Origin: Acholeplasmataceae bacterium
GTDB lineage: Bacteria > Bacillota_I > Bacilli_A > Acholeplasmatales > Acholeplasmataceae
DNA length: 64,000 nucleotides
NCBI GenBank assembly: GCA_963675245.1
Contig: OY775910.1
Coordinates: 480,001-544,000 of the forward strand
Direction of reading: 5' to 3'
The notes under the pieces were generated by a model. It saw only the letters and a list, made by a program, of their open reading frames with translations, made no database searches and had not been told where the DNA came from. The number at the start of each line of letters is the position of its first letter. The first letter of the stretch is position 1. A program made the position numbers and the translations under genes. This document shows positions 30,713 through 39,355 of this stretch, piece by piece.

Positions 30713-30739
30713 ATAAAAGGCCTTTATAAGGCCTTTTAT
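30713..30739. terminator. Bidirectional intrinsic terminator (xylR / spt-SDR operon)
   Basis: ATAAAAGGCCTT-tat-AAGGCCTTTTAT. Confidence 0.85.
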
Positions 30740-30778
30740 CTTTCATAATATCAACTATTCATCCGTGTTTTCATGTTT

Positions 30779-31591
30779 TTAATTCTGCTTTAAATTCGTA
30801 AATCCATATAATTTATCAATGAGCCAGTGCACAAAACGTGAAGGCAATAAGCGATTAAGCAACAAGAATACTTTGTACTTAAAACCTATAATTTTATGAA
30901 GCGGCATTCTTCTTCTCTCAACCAATCTACCAATAACCTTACCCGCATCACTCGCATCAATACCATTTTGTTCATCCGTTTCCATAACTTTCAGTGATTT
31001 GATAAATCGTCTTCGATATTTAGAACTTTCTTCTTTGTTTTTAACGCGATTTTGTGTGAATCCCGTTTTAATATCTCCTGGGAAAACTGTGCACACTTGA
31101 AAACCAAAAGGTTTTAATTCTATATCAAGTGCATCTGATAAAGCTTCTACTGCAGCTTTTGAACTACTATAAAATGCCTGAAAAGGAATAGAAAATCTTC
31201 CAGCCACAGATCCTAGATTAATGATTTTAGGCTTTTTCACAACGTGCATATAAGGCAGTGCGGCTTTTACAGAATAAAAAACACCCATGAGATTGACATC
31301 AAAAATATAATTGGCATCTTCAATGGTCGTTTCTTCAACACTACCTGCAATACCCATGCCTGCGTTATTGATTAAAACATCAATACGACCTTCAACATCA
31401 AATATATCTTTATAAGCTAATTTAAGTTGTTCAAAATCTTTCACATTTGCTTGAATGGCATTCACACCTTTAGCAACCGTTTTTGATCTAGCTACACCAT
31501 AAACAATATGGCCTTTATTTGCTAGATAAGCTGCAGTTGATAACCCAATGCCTGAAGATGCGCCTGTGATTACAATGACCTTTTGTTTCAT
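30779..31591 (-). CDS. Classical SDR oxidoreductase, probable 3-ketosphinganine reductase
   Basis: TGASSGIG, NNAG, S...YSSSK catalytic residues, PGDIKTGF; basic residue after beta2 suggests NADP(H); TAATG-coupled to an spt-like gene. Confidence 0.7.
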   Translation of the reverse strand: MKQKVIVITGASSGIGLSTAAYLANKGHIVYGVARSKTVAKGVNAIQANVKDFEQLKLAYKDIFDVEGRIDVLINNAGMGIAGSVEETTIEDANYIFDVNLMGVFYSVKAALPYMHVVKKPKIINLGSVAGRFSIPFQAFYSSSKAAVEALSDALDIELKPFGFQVCTVFPGDIKTGFTQNRVKNKEESSKYRRRFIKSLKVMETDEQNGIDASDAGKVIGRLVERRRMPLHKIIGFKYKVFLLLNRLLPSRFVHWLIDKLYGFTNLKQN

Positions 31592-32778
31592 TAATCTAAT
31601 ATATCCTTCGTTTCTTCTAAGACTTCTACAATATGTTTGATGGCTTCATCCATGAGTTCTTTTGTATGTGTTGCAGTATAAGATGTTCTAATTAAACATT
31701 CCCCCGCAGGTGCTGCAGGTGGCACAACAGGATTGACATAAACCCCACGTTCAAATAACATATTGCAAGCGATGATTGTTCGCATTTGCGTATAGGTATA
31801 TATCGGGATAATTGGTACTTTTGATTCTCTCATTTCAATCCCTTTTTCATGAAGTCCTTTACGCATATAATCAGCGATATTTAAAAGATTATGTGCACGT
31901 TCTGGTTCTCTTTTTAAAACCCTTAGTGCAGCAAGCGCAGCTGCTGTATTTGGTGCTGGAATCGCAGCAGAGAAAATATAGGGTCTTGAATTGTGTCTAA
32001 TATATTCAACAACATCATATTCAGCTGCGACATATCCACCAATGCTTGCGAGTGATTTAGAAAATGTCCCCATGATGATATCGACTTCTTTTTCTAGTCC
32101 AAAGTATTCTGCAGTTCCTCTACCACCATGACCCAACACACCAAAACCGTGTGCATCATCTACCATCACACGCGCTTCATATTGTTTTGCCAGTCTAACA
32201 ATTTCTGGAAGTTTCGCAATATCACCAGACATGGAGAAAACACCGTCAGTGACGATCAATTTCCCTTTATTTGGATCTGCACTGGCTAATCTTTGTTCTA
32301 AATCAGACATATCAGAGTGATTATATCTGACAACTTCAGCATATGATAGTCTGTTTGCATCATAAATACTCGCGTGATTTTCTTTATCAGAAAAAATGAT
32401 GTCGTTACGTCCTGCAATCGCAGAAATAATACCTAGATTAGATTGAAATCCAGTTGAAAAGATGGTGCAATCTTCTTTATTCAAAAACGCTGCGAGTTCT
32501 TTCTCTAGCGTTTCATGTAGGTCAAGTGTACCATTTAAAAACCTAGACCCCGAAACACCTGTACCATATTTTTTGACTGCATCCACAGCAGCCTGAATCA
32601 CTTCTGGATGAGATGTAAGTCCTAAATAATTATTAGAGCCTATCATGATTTCTCTATGACCTTCCATTTCCACGACGACATCTTGTTTTGATGTTAATGT
32701 GTGAAAATAGGGATAATATCCTGATGCTTTCGCTTTCTTAGCTGCGTCATATGCATAGCACTTTTTAAATAAGTCCAT
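31591..32778 (-). CDS. spt: PLP-dependent alpha-oxoamine synthase, probable serine palmitoyltransferase
   Basis: GYYPYF, GSNNYLGL, GSRFLNGTLDLH, STGFQSNLG, NHAS, DGVFSM, DDAH, GTFSKS, VNPVVPPA; pattern fits Bacteroidota-type SPT better than KBL or BioF (by eye). Confidence 0.78.
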   Translation of the reverse strand: MDLFKKCYAYDAAKKAKASGYYPYFHTLTSKQDVVVEMEGHREIMIGSNNYLGLTSHPEVIQAAVDAVKKYGTGVSGSRFLNGTLDLHETLEKELAAFLNKEDCTIFSTGFQSNLGIISAIAGRNDIIFSDKENHASIYDANRLSYAEVVRYNHSDMSDLEQRLASADPNKGKLIVTDGVFSMSGDIAKLPEIVRLAKQYEARVMVDDAHGFGVLGHGGRGTAEYFGLEKEVDIIMGTFSKSLASIGGYVAAEYDVVEYIRHNSRPYIFSAAIPAPNTAAALAALRVLKREPERAHNLLNIADYMRKGLHEKGIEMRESKVPIIPIYTYTQMRTIIACNMLFERGVYVNPVVPPAAPAGECLIRTSYTATHTKELMDEAIKHIVEVLEETKDILD

Positions 32779-32939
32779 GTAAATCCTCTCTTTATATAAA
32801 TACGTTTTATTCTATTATACTGTATTTTATTAAAATATGACCTTACACATTACCACTGTGTGGTAACAATAAATGTCTTTCAACGATTTATTGGCTTTAT
32901 ATCAATATTTCATCTAAGAATAGTATCATTCAATAAATA

Positions 32940-32970
32940 AAAAAAGCTTGACAATTATGTCAAGCCTTTT
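32940..32970. terminator. Intrinsic terminator after the vWA lipoprotein gene
   Basis: AAAAAAGCTTGACA-atta-TGTCAAGCCTTTT. Confidence 0.8.
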
Positions 32971-32989
32971 CTTAATGTCACATTTATCA

Positions 32990-34453
32990 TTAATTAGCAA
33001 CAATTTCATATTGTATAATCGTCTTTAATAAATCGACAAATTCTGATTTATACATATCTTCGGTTACTGTGTTTAAATGTTCAATTCTTGAAAGTGCATT
33101 TGCCAGGTTAGCCTCATTCAAATATACACTTTCTCTTAAAATTAAAACCGTTTCAATTAGACTAGAAATAAATAATGCATCTTCACTTGGTTCTGATGTA
33201 ATTGCTGTTGGTAAAATTTCAGATACTTGTTCAAGTTGTGTATCATCAGACGTATCTGGACTTTTATATTTAATAGTTATATCTGCTAGTTTACTGTCAG
33301 AAATTGATTCACGTAATTTGATTTCAAAGACAACCGTAACCATCAAATCTGAACCTATCTCACCGGCATCTGTTTCTTCATTCGTGAACTCTTCTTCTGT
33401 TAATAAGCCGTGCTCATACCCTACTAAACGATATGATTCAACATTATCAGAATTAAATATAATTTGTGCTTTTGCATCTCTTGCTACAGTGTAAAGTGTC
33501 CCATTTATACCTTCCGAAAATGCACGATTAGCTTCTTGTACACTATCAATATACATATAGATACCATTACCATGTCTTGCTAGCGTCTCAAGATTGTCAT
33601 CTTGCAAATTACCACGACCAAAGCCAAATACCGAGAAATAAATACCAGACTGTCTTTTTTCTATGATAAATTCTTCGAGTTCTCCTCGTTCAACAATACC
33701 AAAATTAAAATCACCATCTGTGCATAATATGATACGGTTATTCCCCCCTTCAATGAAATGGTCAGTCGCTACGCTATAAGCACGCTCAATACCATCAGAT
33801 CCATATGTTGATCCAGATGCTTCTAATGCATTAATATAACTCATCATTTGATTACGATTTTCTCCTGATAAACCAGAAAATACTAATTTTGTCACAGAAG
33901 AATATGTAACAAGACTGATGGTATCACCATCTGATAAGTTTTCCACTAAAATATTTAAGGATTGTTTGACTAAATCCAGTTTTAGTGGATCATCCATTGA
34001 ACCAGATACATCAACTAAGAATACATAGTTATTACCAATAAGTAACTGTTCTGTTACTACTGCTTTCATGCCTACTATTAATAGTTTCGTCTCAGTATTC
34101 CAAGGTGTATCAATAACTTCAAAGGATGTACCTAACACATCATCACCGCTAGGATCATCGTAATCATATTTGAAATAATTAATAAATTCTTCAACACGAA
34201 GACTATTTCTATCAATGAATCCACCTTGATTAATAGTCGATCTAAAATTTGTATATGCAGCTGTGTTCACCGTTAAAGATAATTGTGATGTAGGGTTTTC
34301 TGATGTTAAGATAAAAGGATTCTCAACGATTCCTTGATAGGTATCCGTATAATTATAGTTAGCGTCTGGATCACTATTGTAATTTTCCATTGAAGAACAA
34401 GCCGTTAAAAAAGATAAACAACAAATCATAAATACAAATATCAATTTCTTCAT
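32990..34453 (-). CDS. von Willebrand factor A domain lipoprotein (YfbK-like)
   Basis: Lipobox LTAC; RVEEFINYFKY, MIDAS DVSGSM, TDGDFN, YRLVGYE, DAGEIG. Confidence 0.9.
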   Translation of the reverse strand: MKKLIFVFMICCLSFLTACSSMENYNSDPDANYNYTDTYQGIVENPFILTSENPTSQLSLTVNTAAYTNFRSTINQGGFIDRNSLRVEEFINYFKYDYDDPSGDDVLGTSFEVIDTPWNTETKLLIVGMKAVVTEQLLIGNNYVFLVDVSGSMDDPLKLDLVKQSLNILVENLSDGDTISLVTYSSVTKLVFSGLSGENRNQMMSYINALEASGSTYGSDGIERAYSVATDHFIEGGNNRIILCTDGDFNFGIVERGELEEFIIEKRQSGIYFSVFGFGRGNLQDDNLETLARHGNGIYMYIDSVQEANRAFSEGINGTLYTVARDAKAQIIFNSDNVESYRLVGYEHGLLTEEEFTNEETDAGEIGSDLMVTVVFEIKLRESISDSKLADITIKYKSPDTSDDTQLEQVSEILPTAITSEPSEDALFISSLIETVLILRESVYLNEANLANALSRIEHLNTVTEDMYKSEFVDLLKTIIQYEIVAN

Positions 34454-34482
34454 TTTTCATTCCTCTTTTCTATTTTGACCAT

Positions 34483-34538
34483 AGTATACTTCTCAATTTT
34501 GTCAAATATTTGAAGAACTTGTGACAATGTTGTGACAA
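34483..34538 (-). promoter_or_regulatory. OmpR/PhoB-type direct-repeat box array plus -10 for the vWA lipoprotein gene
   Basis: Minus-strand heptads at 11-bp period TTGTCAC, TTGTCAC, TCTTCAA, TTGACAA, then 10 nt, then TATACT. Confidence 0.65.
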
Positions 34539-34609
34539 TTAACTTGGCGTAGTCATGTTATTATGATAATGTGATATCATAACATTAAGAAAACCAAGGG
34601 GTGGTAGAC

Positions 34610-35278
34610 GTGCGAATATTAATTGTTGAAGATGAAAAACACTTAAACGATTTATTACATGATTACATTGAAGAATCTTTTTCTGATGCCGAAATTGATC
34701 AAGTCTTTGATGGTATCACTGCTCTAGATGCAGTACATAATGCCCTATATGATTTGATCTTACTTGATGTTATGTTACCGCATATGAATGGATTTGATGT
34801 CTGCAGACATATTAGAGAAAATTCAGATGTTCCCATTATGATGCTCTCTGCATTAAGTGATGAAGAAAATCAATTAAAAGGATATAATCTCGGTATAGAT
34901 GATTACGTTACAAAACCTTACAGTCCTAAAATTGTGATTCAAAAGATATCTTCTGTCTTATCTCGATATGATCATAAATCGCCTAATCAATTAATGACTT
35001 ATGGCATCATATCGTATAATTTCGAGCAATACAAACTTACTATCAATCATCAACTTGTGTCTTTAAATAAAAAAGAGTGGGAATTATTTGTACTGTTTGT
35101 TCAACATATTGGTCGTGTTTTTTCAAGAGAAGAATTACTGAATCTAATTTGGGGATATGATTATTATGGTTTTGAAAGAACAGTCGATACCCATATCAAA
35201 CGTCTAAGACAAAAAATGGGTGACGCTTCATCCTACATTAAAACAGTTTACAAGTCTGGTTATAAATTCGAAAAATAA
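34610..35278 (+). CDS. OmpR-family response regulator
   Basis: ILIVEDE, LLDVMLP, DDYVTKPY, FSREELL..IWG, RTVDTHIKRLRQK; GTG start at 34610 (34601 also possible). Confidence 0.95.
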   Translation: MRILIVEDEKHLNDLLHDYIEESFSDAEIDQVFDGITALDAVHNALYDLILLDVMLPHMNGFDVCRHIRENSDVPIMMLSALSDEENQLKGYNLGIDDYVTKPYSPKIVIQKISSVLSRYDHKSPNQLMTYGIISYNFEQYKLTINHQLVSLNKKEWELFVLFVQHIGRVFSREELLNLIWGYDYYGFERTVDTHIKRLRQKMGDASSYIKTVYKSGYKFEK

Positions 35279-35299
35279 TCAATATAGGGAGGCGAACAT

Positions 35300-36703
35300 A
35301 TGAAAATAAACATTTTTTTCAAAACTTTTTTTGCATTATTTATTTCATTTTCGCTCGTTTTTATATTGAATTTATATATATCCTATCAACGCTTTTCACC
35401 TTTATATATCGAAGAAAATATTAGTCATGTAAAATCCATCATATTATCATCTGTTCCAGATATTTCAAATAGCACTCCTTTATCTGATACCGACCTTAGT
35501 CGTCTTTCAAGCGAAACAACGTTCTTACGTTATGATGGTACAATTACAGAAATGATTGGCCCAAATTATCTAGGTTTATCAGATATGCTTGATTTTGTTA
35601 TTGGCATTTATGATAGTGAAGATGCCATTGTTGAAGGTAATTTAATCTATCATACACTGAAGGTTGATGACATTTATCAAATCAACTATATTTATCAATT
35701 TGATGTCGGTGATTACTTAATTGTACAGACCCGTGTACAATCACTTGAAAATGTTGATGCAATACTTAATCGTATCAACTTTTCTCAATCAATCTATGCA
35801 TTCATCATCATCACTGCCATATCTATTATCATTTCATTGAATATTTCCAGACCCATCAAGAAAATTAACGATTATGCTAAAAAAATATCTAATTTAGATC
35901 TTCAAGGACAATTAAAACTGAATAGACGTGATGAATTTAAAGAGCTTGTCACTTCACTTAATGAAATGACATTCAATTTGAAGACAACTTATGTTAGTCT
36001 TCAAGAAGCTAATGATAAATTGTCTATAGATATTGATTTTGAAAAACAACAAGAAGAAAAAAGAAAGCAATTAATCATGATGATCAACCACGAAGTGAAA
36101 ACACCGCTAGCGGTGATGAAAGGCATGATTGAAGGTATGATTGATGGTGTTGGTAGATACAAGAACAAAGATAAGTATTTACGTGAACTTCTCACACAAA
36201 TTAATGTCATAGAAAGTATCACACAAGATTTAACATATTCATTACGACTTGAAGATAAAGTAAATAAAGAAACTGTTACGAATGCTACCTTGATAAATGA
36301 GCAATTGGATTCGCTAGAATTGTTTGCCCAACAACATCATGTTAAAATAAATAAAGATATTGATGCTTGCACTCTTTTGATTAATGAAGAATTATTTCTG
36401 ATTATGTGCTCTAATCTAATTAAAAATGCAATTATTTACAGTCAAGATAGGTTGATACATGTTTCTGGTAAGTCTATAGGTAATCAATATATTTTCACCG
36501 TTAAAAATAAAGGTGAAATTCCTGAATCAGAAATCCAAAAGCTTTTTGATCCCTTCTATCGTCTCAAACAAACTAAATCAAAAGGAACTGGTTTAGGTTT
36601 AAGCATTGTAAAACAAATTGCAGAATTATACAGTTATCCTTATAAGTTATTTAATGATAATGGAGAAGTTGTTGCAAAAGTACAAATTAAAATCAAAAAA
36701 TAG
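35300..36703 (+). CDS. HAMP-domain sensor histidine kinase
   Basis: 2 TM, HAMP (RRDEFKEL), H-box NHEVKTPL, NLIKNA, FDPFYR, GTGLGL. Confidence 0.95.
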   Translation: MKINIFFKTFFALFISFSLVFILNLYISYQRFSPLYIEENISHVKSIILSSVPDISNSTPLSDTDLSRLSSETTFLRYDGTITEMIGPNYLGLSDMLDFVIGIYDSEDAIVEGNLIYHTLKVDDIYQINYIYQFDVGDYLIVQTRVQSLENVDAILNRINFSQSIYAFIIITAISIIISLNISRPIKKINDYAKKISNLDLQGQLKLNRRDEFKELVTSLNEMTFNLKTTYVSLQEANDKLSIDIDFEKQQEEKRKQLIMMINHEVKTPLAVMKGMIEGMIDGVGRYKNKDKYLRELLTQINVIESITQDLTYSLRLEDKVNKETVTNATLINEQLDSLELFAQQHHVKINKDIDACTLLINEELFLIMCSNLIKNAIIYSQDRLIHVSGKSIGNQYIFTVKNKGEIPESEIQKLFDPFYRLKQTKSKGTGLGLSIVKQIAELYSYPYKLFNDNGEVVAKVQIKIKK

Positions 36704-36704
36704 A

Positions 36705-36738
36705 TTGTCATGACTTTGTCATAAGTTACTGATAAGAT
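36705..36738 (+). promoter_or_regulatory. OmpR/PhoB-type direct-repeat box plus -10 for the downstream lipoprotein gene
   Basis: TTGTCAT(36705)-N4-TTGTCAT(36716)-N10-TAAGAT(36733). Confidence 0.65.
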
Positions 36739-36758
36739 AGAATTAGAGGAGGTGTGAT

Positions 36759-37442
36759 ATGAAAAAGTTAATCGTGTTGTTTGTGTCCATTTTCTTACTA
36801 TTTTCTATTTACGGCTGCGCTTCTGAATACATAGATGATCCCGATCCTGGTTTATCTAATGTTTTACGGTTTGATTCAAATCAGTTAATTTTTTATGTGC
36901 AATCCGGTTTAGATGTTTTATATGGCATACCCAATCCTTCCGATGATGTCATTATTTTAAAAACCGTATATTTTGAGGAATCTCTTTCTGAAGATCAACA
37001 AAATGCTTATCGGCATATACTTGAACATATTGAAACATTATCAGAGGAAACATCTGTTTCAATATCTGATATATTACAATATGATTCACAAACGCTTAAC
37101 GATGCTTTAGAGGCACTCCAATTAGACGTAACACTAAACGATATTGTTATCTTCAATGAATTAAAAACATTAAGTGAAGACTGGAATATGATTCCAGTAA
37201 TGACGCGTTTTGAATATATCGAAGCAAGATTACAACGTACCTTGACTATGGATGAAGAGTCAAATATTAATTACTTACAGTATCTATATATTGATTTAAG
37301 AGATATTGATGATAATTATCGCCTTTTTGATCACACTGATCTATTCCTAATAGAAACATTAGAATCATATGGTATAAGACTTGCAGATGATAATAAAGAT
37401 GCAATTACGAATGCTTACGAATTATTACTTCAATTAAATTAA
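36759..37442 (+). CDS. Hypothetical acidic lipoprotein
   Basis: MKK + hydrophobic stretch + IYGC lipobox; RBS GAGGAGGTG. Confidence 0.7.
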   Translation: MKKLIVLFVSIFLLFSIYGCASEYIDDPDPGLSNVLRFDSNQLIFYVQSGLDVLYGIPNPSDDVIILKTVYFEESLSEDQQNAYRHILEHIETLSEETSVSISDILQYDSQTLNDALEALQLDVTLNDIVIFNELKTLSEDWNMIPVMTRFEYIEARLQRTLTMDEESNINYLQYLYIDLRDIDDNYRLFDHTDLFLIETLESYGIRLADDNKDAITNAYELLLQLN

Positions 37443-37485
37443 AAAAAACATCTCAACTGAGTAATACCAGTAAGATGTTTTTTTT
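37441..37485. terminator. Bidirectional terminator
   Basis: A-tract-CATCT...AGATG-T-tract hairpin between convergent genes. Confidence 0.7.
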
Positions 37486-38386
37486 ATTTACTCAATTCAA
37501 CGGCAATTTGTGCAGCTAATTTCGCATTATTATAAACTAATTCAAGATTCGCTCTTAACGATTCTCCATCGGTTTTATTCTTAATATAATCTAGTAAAAA
37601 TGGTGTCGTATCTTTGCCATTAATACCGCGTTTATTTGCTTCATCAATCGCAATATCAATGACATTGTTTATCACTTTAGGATCTTGGCTAAACGCTTCT
37701 GGTATTGGATTTGCAACGACAACACCACCACTTAAACCTAGTCCCCATTTCGCATGTAATAAATCTGCAATCTCCTTTGGTGTATCTAATTTATAAGTAA
37801 CCTTATGTCCACTCGTTCTTGTATAAAATGCGGGGAGTTCTTCGGTTTGATACCCAATGACTTCAACACCTTTGGTTTCCAAGTATTCCATCGTTAGACC
37901 TAAATCTAGAATGGACTTCGCGCCCGCACAAACCACACACACTTCAACAGTTGCAAGTTCTTCTAAATCTCTTGAGATATCAAAGGTTTCTTGTGCGCCT
38001 CTATGCACGCCACCAATCCCACCAGTAGCGAATACTTTGATCCCTGCCATCTTCGCGATAAGCATAGTCGCAGATACGGTAGTCGCACCGTTAAGCTTTT
38101 TCGAAACAGCATATCCAAAATCTCTTTTACTGACTTTCAATACACCTTTCGCTTTTGCAAGCATGTCTAATTCTTCATCACTTAAACCCACTTTAATTAC
38201 ACCATCAATAATAGCGATTGTAGCAAGTACTGCACCTTCACTTTTGATAAGCCCTTCAACATGTTTTGCCATCTCAACATTGACAGGATAAGGCATCCCA
38301 TGAGAAATAATCGTTGACTCCAAAGCGACAACTGGTTTTCCCTCGTTTAATGCTTTTTTTATATCATGTTTTATATCAACTGTCAT
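37484..38386 (-). CDS. psuG: Pseudouridine-5'-phosphate glycosidase
   Basis: [48 protein letters not shown]. Confidence 0.96.
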   Translation of the reverse strand: MTVDIKHDIKKALNEGKPVVALESTIISHGMPYPVNVEMAKHVEGLIKSEGAVLATIAIIDGVIKVGLSDEELDMLAKAKGVLKVSKRDFGYAVSKKLNGATTVSATMLIAKMAGIKVFATGGIGGVHRGAQETFDISRDLEELATVEVCVVCAGAKSILDLGLTMEYLETKGVEVIGYQTEELPAFYTRTSGHKVTYKLDTPKEIADLLHAKWGLGLSGGVVVANPIPEAFSQDPKVINNVIDIAIDEANKRGINGKDTTPFLLDYIKNKTDGESLRANLELVYNNAKLAAQIAVELSK

Positions 38387-39267
38387 AGTTCAACCTCTTC
38401 TAATGCTTTAACAGACATCTTATTAGAAACAGCTTTTTCGCTTTGTACGGTTAGAACAGCGGCTTTTCTTGCATATTCAATCGGATCTAATCCTCTTATT
38501 TTACCGTAAATTATACCTGCAAAAAAGGCATCTCCCGCACCTGATGTGTTTTTAGCAACAATCGGTGTAGATGGATATATCTCAGCATGATCTTTTGTCA
38601 TAAAGAAAGATCCTTCTTTACCTAACGTAATATAAATTTCTTTAACGCCTTTTGATAAAAAATATTTACCGAGTACTTCCGGGTTATTTTCTTCAAACAT
38701 GCCAGATAAATACTGCGCTTCTAACTTATTCATCTTAAGTGCGGTTAAGTACCTTAAATATGGCTTAATACGATCCGCTTTTCTAGCGGAAATAACATCC
38801 ACATAAAATGGTTTTTTATATGTTTCAAAAATATAAGAAAGTGTCTCTTGATTTAAGTTGGTATCTACAACGATAATATCAGCATTTTGAAAACTCGCAT
38901 CTCTTACTTTGATATCGTCTTTCGTGACAAGTTCGATTTCATCCATCGCAGCAATCGCCACGACATTATCATTTTCCTCATTCAAAATAGACACATATGT
39001 TGGTGTGTTCTCCGTTTGAATGATAGATAATTTTAACATGACATCTTGTGCGTTTTGCATGACGAGTTTACGACCTTCATCTTTACCGACAGGTGTGATG
39101 AGGGTTGTATCTATGCCAAGTCTTGCTAAGTTCTCAGCGATATTTCTTCCAACTCCACCGAGTGATTGTTTTAAATAACCTGGATTAGAATCACCAAGTA
39201 TGATTTTTTCTTTTGGGTATGCAAAAAGATCTATAACTGATCCACCAACAACGAGTACTTTTTCCAT
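38383..39267 (-). CDS. psuK: PfkB-family carbohydrate kinase, probable pseudouridine kinase
   Basis: [26 protein letters not shown]; overlaps psuG; start at ATG 39267. Confidence 0.85.
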   Translation of the reverse strand: MEKVLVVGGSVIDLFAYPKEKIILGDSNPGYLKQSLGGVGRNIAENLARLGIDTTLITPVGKDEGRKLVMQNAQDVMLKLSIIQTENTPTYVSILNEENDNVVAIAAMDEIELVTKDDIKVRDASFQNADIIVVDTNLNQETLSYIFETYKKPFYVDVISARKADRIKPYLRYLTALKMNKLEAQYLSGMFEENNPEVLGKYFLSKGVKEIYITLGKEGSFFMTKDHAEIYPSTPIVAKNTSGAGDAFFAGIIYGKIRGLDPIEYARKAAVLTVQSEKAVSNKMSVKALEEVEL

Positions 39268-39355
39268 AGAATTTTCCCTTTCATGATTGTTACTATTATA
39301 ACAAAATTCTCTCAAAAAGAGAAGAAAGAGCACGAGTAACTCGCGCTCTTGTTAA

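Noticed and set aside
31591..32778. Annotation as BioF (AONS) or glycine C-acetyltransferase (KBL)
   Set aside because: GSRFLNGT and the N-terminal YPYF pattern fit SPT better; no bio genes are nearby, and the partner is a classical SDR rather than a threonine dehydrogenase. Not excluded without phylogeny.
34500..34505. TTGACA as the -35 of the vWA lipoprotein promoter
   Set aside because: Only 11 nt from the TATACT; better explained as one of the phased regulator boxes
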